Part shown: piece by piece, positions 29,201 to 42,871 of the stretch
Layout of the letters: the number at the start of each line of letters is the position of its first letter
Numbering within the stretch: position 1 is the first letter of the stretch
Assembly (NCBI GenBank): GCA_964016885.1
Contig: OZ024749.1
Coordinates: 44,578,001 to 44,642,000 of the forward strand
Length of the DNA stretch: 64,000 nucleotides
Source: Eledone cirrhosa
Lineage: Eukaryota
Reading direction: 5' to 3'
Position numbers and translations under genes: made by a program
The notes under the pieces: model-generated
Told to the model about the DNA's origin: nothing
Database searches by the model: none
Seen by the model: the letters and a program-made list of their open reading frames with translations, nothing else

Positions 29201-30674
29201 CCTTTGCGTGCTTCTATGATATAGTATACGAACATTAAAGAAACATATATCTAATATCAATGTGATAATATTTGATGTTTACACGTACAATTTTATTCCG
29301 GATTCGTTTGATTGAATTAAACTGTCGTAGAATGTAACACCAAAACTATAATATACTTATCACTATCTTCGCATTTTCATATAATCCTTCATTTTACCTT
29401 TTTATCTTATTTGGATATATCACGTTGATGTAACAAACGCCATTCTTATCAACCATCTTTTATCATTCATTTTCTATACTACTCTCTAATGTTTTCCTTC
29501 AAACCTTCTACATCTTTCTATCTAGAATCCACATAACTGAGGGGTTGTAATAACACAAGCCACTGTTCTCATGCTACATTAGTGAGCTAAATTTCAACAC
29601 GCACATTTTTATTATATATTGTTTCTCTGACCGCTTTTAAATGTATACTTGGTCAAGTGAGGGCGCGTGTGTACGCCACTGTTTACGCTTAATATTCACA
29701 CTGAAGTGTATGTTTTGCTTTCTTTTTGTATTATTTTCTCTTGTTTGTTAGTTTTTTCTATTTCTTTCTTTTATACTTTATCTATTTTTCTTCATTTTGT
29801 ATATATATTTGTTTGGTTTTTTATTTATTGGTTTCTTATTTTACGTGTTTCCTTTCTAAGCGGATCAAGCTTAAATTCATACCATTTGAGAATTGCGAAA
29901 TATTATGTGTGGCAGCGAAACCTTAACGGTTTTAATCATTTTACGCCTCGAGGTATCAGCTTGAGGCTAATATCCAAGACCAAGACATCATCACTTCAGT
30001 TTCCATGTGAGGTTTCTTTTAACAATTCCTTTTCCTCATGTTGTTACTTTCGAAATCATTATAGTGCTTATTCTAGGTCTCTTGTCTTCTTATCCGCTAC
30101 TTCGAGTAATTATTATATTGCACCTTTCTTAGATGATAAATCCATTTTATCAACAAATTCGCTCGTTAATTTTTCATTCTCTTAATCCGTTTCCTCTCTT
30201 AACTTGACTTTATGATAATATGTTGCGTATTAGTATTCACGAGATGTTATCTTTGTTTTTAATTAGAGAATAGTATAATATTTAATCTATATATCTGTGA
30301 GACGTTACAAATGCACAGGAGATGTATTTGAAAATATTTGTTGTTTGAAGACATATAAGAAATGACAGAAACAATAGTTTATATTCAAATAGAAATGATT
30401 TTATTTTAAATATTTTCACAATAAGTGAAAATACCAATGTAATTAGTTATATATTTAATATCTTAGCATTTATGCTTTAGATTTGATGTAACGGTATAAG
30501 AGTTGTTGTAATCATGCCGTTCTCAAGGAAAATCATTTCTAAAATGAAATTGTATGCTGTTTAAATTCACCAGATGAATTAACCTCGAATCATTTCATTG
30601 TGAAAAATATATTTCTTATGTATTGATACAAAGTTCAATATTTAACCCTTCTTTAAAACATACACCAGTGTATT

Positions 30675-30903
30675 ATAACAGTATCAACTAGCAACAAAAG
30701 ATTCCTACGAAAGTACCACATATATTATAGGGCCAACGATGAAATTCTGTTAATCAACAGTGACAAGACATGAGATTTCACTGAAATCTCGCGTAAGCAA
30801 CTTAACACGAAAAAGAAAGGTTGTATAATATAGACATTAACAATTATTTACTACAGATTTTATCGTGGTAGCGTTGGATCAAGGATCCCCTCGATTACAA
30901 TGA
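30675..30903 (+). pseudogene. Possible decayed cadherin (protocadherin-like) repeat
   Basis: 30856-30903 reads DFIVVALDQGSPRLQ* (cadherin V-x-A-x-D-x-G-x-P-x-L). Upstream frameshifted pieces ITVSTSN/KDS..TTYII/LINSD..KQLN fall in cadherin order. Confidence 0.35.
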
Positions 30904-31129
30904 ATACAAACATAAATAAATAAATATATATATATACACATTTGTTATGTATAGAAATATTTTCATATGAAAAAACACCATGATTTCATACGGTACCACT
31001 TCTGTATAAAATAAGTATGCATCTCTACTAATGTATTGAGTCACATATCTAACTATGGTATCAACACCTTACAGAAGACCATACTTATATATATATATAT
31101 AGTAATAATAATAAATTTGAAGACTAAAA

Positions 31130-31253
31130 TCCAAAGAGGGCTCGATAAGGATAAATATATATCAGATATATAAGAACCGTAGATAAAATTTAGTTTCAGA
31201 CGATCCCGTTAAGGGTGAAAGCAGCGATTCTTTGCTTAAACTTTAATCTGTTA

Positions 31254-31260
<7 letters not shown>
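31130..31260 (+). mobile_element. Family P3 element with degenerate hammerhead
   Basis: AGTTT-CAGACGA-TCCC GTTAA GGGT-GAAA-GCA..TGC-TT-AAACT; the upstream part is the inverse of the sequence following the 21532 hairpin; abuts (TA)n. Confidence 0.6.
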
Positions 31261-31335
<75 letters not shown>

Positions 31336-31640
31336 TAGTCTGATAGACAGATGAAGAAGGCTGAGAGAGGGAAACTTGTGTGAGAAATGGTGTGATCTGT
31401 ATATAAATGTTTAATGCTAAATTCTTAGATTCCTAATTTCGTTTCGTTCATATATTATAACACTCGCGCACAGAGGCATACACGTTCGTATGTAGAGTGA
31501 GAGATAGATGGAGACATAAATACATAGATACATAGATAGATAGATAGAAATAGATAGACAGACAGATAGACAGACAGATAGATAGATAGATAAATAGGTA
31601 GGTAGAGATATAAATCGATAGATAGATAGACTGGTAGATA

Positions 31641-31689
<49 letters not shown>

Positions 31690-31756
31690 ATAGATAGTTA
31701 GTGAGAGAGAGAAAGAGACAGAGAGAGAGAGAGAGTGAGAGAGAGAGTGAGAGAGA

Positions 31757-31792
<36 letters not shown>

Positions 31793-32132
31793 TAGAGAGA
31801 GAGAGGGACAGGATTATGTATTTTACATATTTATGCATGTGGGTATGTGGGTATATTTTTTATTTATATATAGATGTGTATATTCATCCCTAAAGAATTC
31901 ACGAGAAACATGTTGAATTGCTTGGGAGACACCTGCCTATGTCAAGCACAATAGATTCTAAACTTGTAATGATTCTTTTTTTCTTTCTTTCTCAAATATT
32001 TCCACACACTTTACAGAAATTTCAATTTATTATTCATGAATTCATTTTTACATTTTAACTGATTTGACATCATTAGTTTATATTGAAAAAATACAAAACA
32101 AATTCATATAGATGTACGTGTATACATACATG

Positions 32133-32226
<94 letters not shown>

Positions 32227-32326
32227 TATATATGTATGTATATATGTATGTATGTATATATGTATGTATATATGTATATATGTATGTATATATTTATGTA
32301 TATATATTAATATATAATATAAATAT

Positions 32327-32390
<64 letters not shown>

Positions 32391-32592
32391 TATTTATATA
32401 TATATGTGTGTATGTATTTATGTATAACTGTATGACGTTAAATATATTTTTGCTGATATTGCACAGAAAGAATGTTGAAGGCTTAACTTTTAGTGAGAGC
32501 ATGTGTAACTGATCTATCTGTTTGTCTATCGGTTTCTCTTGCTATATTCCTTCTATATATTGTACCGATTGTGTTGTTATTTCCGTTTACCC

Positions 32593-32670
<78 letters not shown>

Positions 32671-32725
32671 ATTTAAAACTGCACTATCAACAAGTGTTTT
32701 TTTTAGCCTTCATATCATGTTCTCC

Positions 32726-32796
32726 TGTTTTATCTGATGAAAACACAAATATTATTGTTTGATGATGTTTGTTTTTGAAATGCGCATAATAAAATA
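32726..32796 (+). ncRNA. Type I minimal hammerhead ribozyme, family P2 copy 1
   Basis: Stem I TGTTTTAT/ATAAAATA, CTGATGA (32734-40), 16-bp stem II, GAAA (32777-80), palindromic TGCGCA, AUA cleavage triplet. Confidence 0.78.
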
Positions 32797-32917
32797 TATT
32801 GAACTCCTTTAACCATCTTTTGATCTTATATTATGCATACTCCAGTCCCACAAACTGTAGAGTGCTTCTTATCCGATATCTGCATTGCTTTATTGTACTA
32901 CAATAAAACTCACCTCC

Positions 32918-32959
<42 letters not shown>

Positions 32960-32978
32960 CATATATATATATATATAT

Positions 32979-33177
32979 AGGAACGAGTAGGACCCCGACG
33001 GCTGAGCTCAAGCCGTTTCGACGGCTAATTCTGGGATAAATGTCCAGAATTAGGCGTCGAAACGGCTTGCGCTCAGCCGTCGGGGTCCTACTCGTTCCTA
33101 TCACCCACTCTACAACCCTAAGTATTGAGTAATTTGGTGTGTTATGGTCCATCTGGTTCCTTACCACATTTCCTTCG

Positions 33178-33179
<2 letters not shown>
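32979..33179 (+). mobile_element. P1 element in the opposite orientation, with fold-back hairpin
   Basis: Short inverted arm then long arm; GAAA 33059-62, GTC 33079-81; (TA)n flanks. Confidence 0.8.
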
Positions 33180-33215
<36 letters not shown>

Positions 33216-33666
33216 TATGCAAATATTTCATATGGAGAGAGTATATATGACTGTGGAAAATTCAACAATGTATAAACACATTCTCCTTCTCCCAGGAATT
33301 GCATCAGGGAGAGAGCAACCGTAATGGAAAAACCATACGATGTATTAGTTCCTTGGTCAGATCTGACGAACAGATTTTTTTCTGTTATATTATTTTAGTG
33401 TGTATCTGTGCGTGTGTATATGTGTGTGTGTGTGTGGGTGTGCGTATGTGTCCGTGTCCCTCTGTTTATTATATATGTGCGTGTACCTTGCCATACCAGA
33501 GTGTTTGTCTAGTTTTGAAAGCTTTCTCAGATTCAGCATGACGTAGCTACTTGTGATTTCATGCTTCCGCATACATTACTGCATGTTTTACTATGGCGGA
33601 GCATTATCTATGTATATGTCACTGTATACCACTATTTCAGCTTGTACCGTTGTATGTTTCAATGAT

Positions 33667-34445
<779 letters not shown>

Positions 34446-34783
34446 TGTGTGCACACAGAGAGAAAGAGAGAGAGAGGGAGAGAGAGAGAGAGAGAGAGAG
34501 AGAAACTTTACGTTAGATGTCTGCGTACTCTCGTTAATATCTAATCGTGTGTGTGTGTGTGTAGATATCATTATAAATCTGTGTAAGTATGTATGTGTAT
34601 GTATGTGTGCTTGTATGACATGTCTGTCAGGGGGTAACTGATGATCCTTAACGTGTTGAGACTCCATTAGGCTTCTCTCAAACTTTCGTATTATCCTTGT
34701 TCTACTTAGTCAAGCCGGAGCATTACAGTACACAATTCTGCACGGACATACGAGCTAATGTTGTCGCCTAAAGAAAACGTAAA

Positions 34784-34835
<52 letters not shown>

Positions 34836-34867
34836 TGTAGTAGTAGTAGTAGTAGTAGTAGTAGTAA

Positions 34868-34929
<62 letters not shown>

Positions 34930-34935
34930 ATGGTT

Positions 34936-35800
34936 CCTGATTTAGGCATAATTGTTTCTACTTTTAGCACAAGGCCAGCAATTATCCCAGTGCATTACTG
35001 GTACTTTATTTTATCGACCCCGTAAGGATGAAATACTTGTTTCTACTTTAGGCACAAGGCCAGCAATTACTCAGTTCATTACTGGTACTTTATTTTATCA
35101 ACCCCGTAAGGATGAAAGGCAAAGTCAACCTCGGCGGGATTTGAACTCAGATCGTAAAGGGACGTAACTATGCTGGAAAGCATGGCGTCCGACCCTCTAC
35201 CGATACTGCCAATCTACATAATGCCAGCAACTTTGAGGTGAAGGGAAAAGTTGTTTAAATCGGCCCCAGTGCGTTACTGTTGTAATATTTTATCGATCTC
35301 GTAATTTTGAAATTCGAATATAAAGAAAGGGAGCAATGCCATATATCATTGGATACGGCGGTGTAAATAATTCTACTGATCCATCATCCACAGAATGTAA
35401 CACATCAGTTACAGTCAATGTAGAAACTATGGAAATATAAATATCTTGAGATTAAGATCTTCAGAATGCAGGATAAGAATAACTGGACAATACTTATAGG
35501 GGGATCGGAAGACTTGGATTTAAAAAATGAACTGCAAGTATTCATCTACAAAATCCAAGGAATTCTCATCCTAAGGAACTGGAAAAAAATCAAAAGAAAA
35601 CAAGGAGGCAGATAATCTTAGAACCATTGTTTAATAATTGTTTCTATTTGTGGCACAAGGCCAGCAATTACTCCAGTGCGTGACTGGTACTTTATTGTAT
35701 CGACCCCGTAAGAATGAAAGGCAAAGTGAACCTCGGCGGTATTTGAACTCAGATCATAAAGGGCCGTAACTCTATGTTGCAAAGCATGGCATCTGACCCT
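34936..35800 (-). mobile_element. Cluster of family A SINEs (34950-35032, 35037-35215, old 35222-35390, 35636-35800)
   Basis: Repeated TTGTTTCTACTTT.GGCACAAGGCCAGCAATT...CGTAAGGATGAAA motifs. Confidence 0.88.
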
Positions 35801-36296
35801 AATAATGATAATATGATGATTTCTTTATTAGCCATACAGGGCTCACATTAAGGAAACATAGACGGTACACGACGATACAGTGTGGGTTTTTTTTGTGTAA
35901 AATAAAATTTATAACAGATATTAAGAAAATAATAATAACATAACGAATATCATCCAACTTTTGCAATATCGTTTTCTCACACGTTCACAACAAAATCAAT
36001 TGAAAAACTAAAACAGACAAGTTTTATATCAAATTTAAACAGAGAGGTGGCAAAACAAAGCAAGAAAACCAAACAATATTAAAAAAAAGAAAAACAAAAC
36101 ATAAAACAACTTGGTGCATATACTACGTGCCGAGAACAAGCTTGTGTTTCAACGAGACTAAATTTCAACAATTTCCGTACAACTTCCGGTTGATTTGCAA
36201 ATGTAAAAAAAAGCTACATATATTATAAAGCGACCTGGCCTCCATCGAAAGATCTTCGTCGAAACCTTTTTAATTGTTTACTAAGGTCTGGATTAC

Positions 36297-36411
36297 CTCT
36301 GTCAACCACTCAGCCATTACAACCCAGCGCATCCCCTCTGTCTTTATTGCTGTCAACCATCCATTTTTTCCTCCCGTTCTTGTATGTACAAACGAAGCAT
36401 CATCATGTAGC
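36297..36411 (-). other. Candidate 115-bp exon
   Basis: Long polypyrimidine tract ending CTTTTCCAG acceptor and GAG|GTAATC donor; one frame is open throughout (LHDDASFVHTRTGGKNGWLTAIKTEGMRWVVMAEWLTE). No homology recognised. Confidence 0.3.
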
Positions 36412-36667
36412 CTGGAAAAGGAAGAGTAGGTAGGTGAGAGAAGTAAGAAAGCAAAGAATAAAACTGGATCTCTTTGCATTTGATATTATCAACGATTACT
36501 GACACGTTTTTTTTCTTAATGTCTGCCTGACCAGATGTGTGTTTGTGTATGGATGTATATATTAATGCGAGTGTGTGTGTGTGTATGTTTGAATATATGT
36601 ATGTACAGAGAGAGAGAGAGACAGAGATAGAGATAGAGATAGAAGGGGAGAGAGAGATAGAGTGGGG

Positions 36668-36710
<43 letters not shown>

Positions 36711-36900
36711 CTAATTCGATGGATACATATATTCATTAACCCAACTGTGTATATATATATATACATTATATACATACATGATATATATATATATATATAT
36801 GTATGTATATAAATATATATATATAAGTGGAACAAGTTCGTATATACGGACATAAGTGAAGAAAGACATATATGGAGAGAGGAAATAAGTGTTTATGTAA

Positions 36901-36943
<43 letters not shown>

Positions 36944-37690
36944 TATATATATATATGTGTATGTATGTATGTATGTATGTATGTATGTATGTATGTATGT
37001 ATGTATGTACGTATGCATGTATGTATATCGAACACTTCTGTCTATAGGAGTGACTGAGTGAGAGTGTAAAGTAAAAATAGTGAAGGCGAAAGTAAGTGAT
37101 TGTTAGATAAGCGAGTAAGTGCATATATTTGCTAACTAAATGTATAAAATCTGCATGTTAAACGTCTTGCACGTTGTAGGATGCCTCTCAGCACACATTC
37201 TCGTGGTGAGTAAATACGAGAAGAGCACAAACCTCGTGATTATGTGACAGGACGTAAATGGCCATACTTGTTAGTTATGTAGGCGTTGTCTCTCTTACTA
37301 GTTTATTCCTTAAGTAAACCAAACAATATCTATTTTGTGTTGATTTTTATTTGACATTTTTATGGCATTTTTTTTGTTCATTTCGTACATCCGTATTTTT
37401 TTAAATCTTCTTACTATTTATTAAGCCATCAATGAGTGTTCTGTGTTTCCATAGTATTGATGTGCACACGAGTAATATAATTGGAATGCCTGCTAATTGG
37501 GATGATCTTAAATCATTCCCTATTACCACACTGAATATATTTATATTTTTTATATATATATATGTGTGTGTACTTAAGAATGTATATGTATATTCATGTA
37601 TGTGTGTTTGTCTGTGGGCAAGTGTGTAAGTATGTGTACATATATATAAATATATACATACACACATGTAAATATATATGTACATACATG

Positions 37691-37730
<40 letters not shown>

Positions 37731-37845
37731 AGGTAAGAAGAAATAACAACACAATCGGCACAGTATATGGAAGGTATATATTGGGTTAATATATGTGTTC
37801 ATATATTTATGTATATATATATATATATATGTGTGTGTGATGTAC

Positions 37846-37907
<62 letters not shown>

Positions 37908-38090
37908 AAAAATGGCTTCTACAGGACTAGAACTGTTTCATTCGGGAGAAATTATCATTAAATTCTGCTACGTATTATTTAGTACCTTACTTACTGTGGT
38001 TACCCCCGATTGAACCCGCGATAAACATATATATATGTAAAATTATATACATATATATATATATATATATATGAGTGTGTGTGTGTGTTG

Positions 38091-38173
<83 letters not shown>

Positions 38174-38796
38174 GGTGTGTGTATGCATGCGTGTGCGTGT
38201 ATCTATATTTATGTTTGCATGTCTATCTATATGTTCGGTCCGTAGTCAACTTACCCCACGTCGAAACCGATTCAGAGATCTAGTGAGGAATTCCAGTCTC
38301 AACTATTTGACATATTGTGTTAACATTCTGCTAAACTATAAGTAAATGACGACCTCAGAGCATTTCAACATGACACTTCTATCACCTCAGGAATTTGCCC
38401 ATGATACAAGTACAATATCCGGGCTGCGGAGATGTAGTCATATTTCTCGAAATTCTACGAAACCAGTGGTAGTGTAATGTTTTCTTTGTCGTTTAATACA
38501 TACTTGCCTTAACATATATGAATGAGTTCATATATGTGTGTGTAAGTGGATGTGTGGATGTTTGTTTGTGTTTATGTGTGTGTACGTGTTTATTTGTTTC
38601 AGTGTGTGTATATGTGTGTATGTGTGTGTATGTGTGTGTATGTGTGTGTGTATTTGTTTAATTATTTCAATCACTGAGCTGCGATCAAGCTGATGCTCCA
38701 CACCCAAGAGCTTAAGTCGATCATACCAACACAATTATTTATTTCAGTTTTAAATCATCGATCTCCACTTACATCCACTGCCCATATATATATTTT

Positions 38797-38874
<78 letters not shown>

Positions 38875-38930
38875 TACATGTATATATATACATGTATATA
38901 TATATATTCATATATATATATGTATATATA

Positions 38931-39006
<76 letters not shown>

Positions 39007-39024
39007 CGTGTGTGTATGAATGTA

Positions 39025-39088
<64 letters not shown>

Positions 39089-39461
39089 TGCATATATATA
39101 TACATGTATGAGTACATGTATGTCCAACCTAAAGTAATAAGATTTGAAGAGAAAGAAAGACGGAACAAACACTAAATGAGGTGGGTTGGTGTGTAGATCT
39201 TTCAAAATGTGTATTTAGTTTTCTTTACGTGGCTGTTTAAGTAGTTGTTCTTATTTTTAACATTTCTTTTGGCAACTCCTTCGTAATTTGCGAAATACAA
39301 AGCGACAAGAAATTAAAGGAAATGGTTTCCATTCATGAGACAGGAATTTTAAAACTCAAGATTAGCACGTCAGGCAAATGTATAGATTAGCCACTTTACG
39401 TAAGATCCCAGATTGCACATCCTAGCTTAGTCATAGTCACTCTCTACCGAACGTAGTATCG

Positions 39462-39492
<31 letters not shown>

Positions 39493-39882
39493 AAAATGAG
39501 GAAAAAATCAAAAAAGATCCTGTAGTATTCTATATCCCGTCTTGATCATTTCATTTAATAGTTTTCAGCACCAAAATTAAATAACCGCCTCAAAACAAAT
39601 TAAGAGCGAAAAGCAAAACCAAAATACATACAAAATTCAACACAAACTAGTCGTAGATTTAAAAGTAATTCCTGAAGATGTCGGATATTCTGTAAAACCA
39701 ACATTCACTGCAGTTTCATATATTATGTCCTGAATAAATGTTTTAAAAAACCTCAAGGATTAATTTTAACATTCACACTTAGAAATGAAGAAATGAAAAG
39801 TAACGCTATTTAGTTAGATTCCTACGATGTTGCATAACATAGGAGTCTTCTTGAATGATTGTTTTAAGTATATAGTCCACAG

Positions 39883-40069
39883 CCCTATCATAAAAACCAA
39901 CGAGAAGAGCACAAGAATTTAACACACCGTCCAATCCAGTAATCAAACCAACGGCATTATAATCGTGAGTCGGTACTCAACCCTATCATGAAACCAACGG
40001 GAAGAGCACAAGAACTGAACATACAGTCCGGTCCGTTAATCAAACCAACGCCATTATGATCGTGAGTCG
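39883..40069. repeat. ~98-bp diverged tandem duplication
   Basis: CCCTATCAT..AACCAACG.GAAGAGCACAAGAA...AATCAAACCAACG.CATTAT.ATCGTGAGTCG twice. Confidence 0.9.
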
Positions 40070-40273
40070 AACAACATAAACACTAGTTGTTGACTATGGC
40101 TCCCTGATGAGGCGTAATGAGGGAGAAAGAAGACATATATATCGCTATAGCTGCAAAATTTTCGAAAGATTCCAAACATTGCATATAATGATATAGTGTT
40201 GAATTAAAGTGAAGTTTAAGAATTCGATTATTCTAATGAATTTTTATCACATTGCCAATATAATTCGACCTGA

Positions 40274-40418
<145 letters not shown>

Positions 40419-40625
40419 ATATATATATATTCTGACCACCACATAAACAGTGTTAACCTATATTTCGCTATGTTATTCATGCAAAATGTATATATCTATA
40501 ATTTTCGATGGATACTTAAATGCACACATAACTACATACAGACGCAATATATATATATATATATATGGGTCTCTCTATCTCTATGTATATACACATATAA
40601 ATAAATATATATGTATATATATATG

Positions 40626-40659
<34 letters not shown>

Positions 40660-40693
40660 TATGTTTGTGTGTGTGTATATATATATATATGTT

Positions 40694-40743
<50 letters not shown>

Positions 40744-41108
40744 AATATATATATATTTATATTAGTACATAGTTATATATAAGAGTGCAGATAATCAACT
40801 GCTACAACAACTAGTCCTTGAAGAAGAGCGCCTTAGGCATAGCGAAATGAAATTATCTTCGCACTCTTATCTATTTCGATCGCTCTCCCCATACACCGGT
40901 CCACTTTTTAATCAAATGCTTTTGTTCATCGCTATTCTCGAGTTCATCTTAAATCTTATCAGTATTGTTGGCGAAATTGAAACCCTACCCAGCTCTACCA
41001 CCCTTAGCATCATTTCTCTCTTCCTTTTCAAAAGAATCGGACATTTCTTCCTGTCCAAAGCACCAACCGTTATATTCCTTTTATTCTCATATGGGAATAT
41101 AATATTCG

Positions 41109-41159
<51 letters not shown>

Positions 41160-41262
41160 ATGTATGTATGTATGTATGTATGTATATATAATATATATAT
41201 ACATGTATTATTTATATGTGCATATATATATATATGTATATGTGTATAGATATATGCATATA

Positions 41263-41308
<46 letters not shown>

Positions 41309-41368
41309 TGCATATATATATATGTATATATATGCATATGTATATGTATATATGTACATGGATATGTG

Positions 41369-41400
<32 letters not shown>

Positions 41401-42007
41401 AATGTGTGTGTGTGTGTGTGTGTATATATATAGTCGTATCGACGTAAGTAACCAGCATGTATGTCCTCGACTAATATCTATGTGGTTAATATTCGGTACG
41501 TGTTACTGCTGTACTGTTATATTATTAACAATATTACCAACAACGACAACAACAATAACAACAACAACAAATACCTATTAAATCACTAATTATATACATT
41601 TATTTACCTCTAGTAGTAGCAAAGGTACGATGCAGGACTCTACTCTATTGCTTGACCTGATAAATGTAGCGGTCAAATTCCTTCATATCTAATCCATTGT
41701 GTTAATGAAAATATCATATTACACATTGTAAAGCTACATTCACTACAGCTGTCAATGATGTGATATTTTGCTCCTATGTTTACCTATTTGGGACTGTCCT
41801 GGTGTTAAACAACAAATATTGTGGAGAATTTGACTTCGTCTTCTGATGTTACTGCATTACAATTAATAACATTGATACTCTATTTTAGCTTCTGTTTTTT
41901 ACCGAGAGACATTATCTTCACAGTGACACTAAATTTAGTTTTAATAATCGTAACAAATATGTTCATAACTTATATATATATAAAAAGAGAGAGAGAGGGG
42001 CAGAGAG

Positions 42008-42102
<95 letters not shown>

Positions 42103-42193
42103 AGGATGTGAGTTTTATTGTACCACACTTAAAACAATGCAAATATCGGATAAGTAGCACTCAACAGTTTATTGGACTGGAGTATATATAAGA

Positions 42194-42400
42194 AGAAATT
42201 AAAAGATGGTTAAGAAAGTTCCATGTATTTTATTATGCGTATGTTGTTTAGACACTACCATGCTCACAAGTGTTTTTTAAGCTTCATATCATGTCTCCCT
42301 ATTTTATCTGATGAGAACGCAAATATCGTCCCAGGATGATATTTGTTTTTGAAATGCGCATAATAAAATACATGGAACTTTCTTAACCATCTTTTAATTT

Positions 42401-42405
<5 letters not shown>
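42194..42405 (+). mobile_element. Family P2 Penelope-like terminus with ~48-bp inverted arm
   Basis: 42194-42242 is the reverse complement of 42354-42402; the body is homologous to 32688-32830; ends in (TA)n. Confidence 0.75.
42300..42370 (+). ncRNA. Type I minimal hammerhead ribozyme, family P2 copy 2
   Basis: Perfect 8-bp stem I TATTTTAT/ATAAAATA, CTGATGA (42308-14), stem II 42315-30/42335-50 with CCAG loop, GAAA (42351-54), TGCGCA palindrome, predicted cleavage after A42362. Confidence 0.82.
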
Positions 42406-42432
<27 letters not shown>

Positions 42433-42434
<2 letters not shown>

Positions 42435-42637
42435 CGAAGGAAATGTGGTAAGGGACCAGATGGACCATAACGCACCAAAGTACTCAATACTTAGGGTAGT
42501 AGAGTGGCTAATAGGAACGAGTAGGACCCCGACGGCTGAGCTCAAGCCGTTTCGACGGCTAACTCTGGACTAAAAAAAAAAAGTCCAGAATTAGCCGTCG
42601 AAACGGATTGATCTCAGCCGTCGGGGTCCTACTCGTT

Positions 42638-42640
<3 letters not shown>
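42433..42640 (-). mobile_element. P1 element with fold-back hairpin (poly-A loop)
   Basis: As the other P1 copies; the apex contains T(A)11. Confidence 0.8.
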
Positions 42641-42678
<38 letters not shown>

Positions 42679-42681
<3 letters not shown>

Positions 42682-42871
42682 AAAAGAGTCAGCACGCCGA
42701 CGGCTGAGCTCGGGTGGCTTAGTTCGCATCTAGCTGTCGAAACGGCCGGAAATCAGCTGTCGGGCTCTTGATTATTTTCCTCTCACCCACTCTACTACCC
42801 CAAGTATTGAGTACTCTGGTACGTTATAATCCACCTGGTATATTACCACACCCTTATTGTTATATATATCT
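42679..42871 (+). mobile_element. Diverged P1-related subfamily copy
   Basis: GAAA-CGGC..GCTG-TC-GGGC and ACCCACTCTACTACCCCAAGTATTGAGTACT are conserved; TA flanks. Confidence 0.7.

Noticed and set aside
29667-30185. 172-aa hydrophobic ORF
   Set aside because: T-rich low-complexity composition, GTG start and no domain.
33362-33390. CTGACGA followed by an ACAGA/TCTGT hairpin
   Set aside because: The required GAAA after stem II is absent.
39670-39740. CCTGAAGA..stem..GTC..AATAAA PLE-like motif
   Set aside because: No GAAA core; too degenerate to call.
40101-40130. CTGATGA...GAAA hammerhead candidate
   Set aside because: No stem II, stem III or cleavage triplet can be formed in register.
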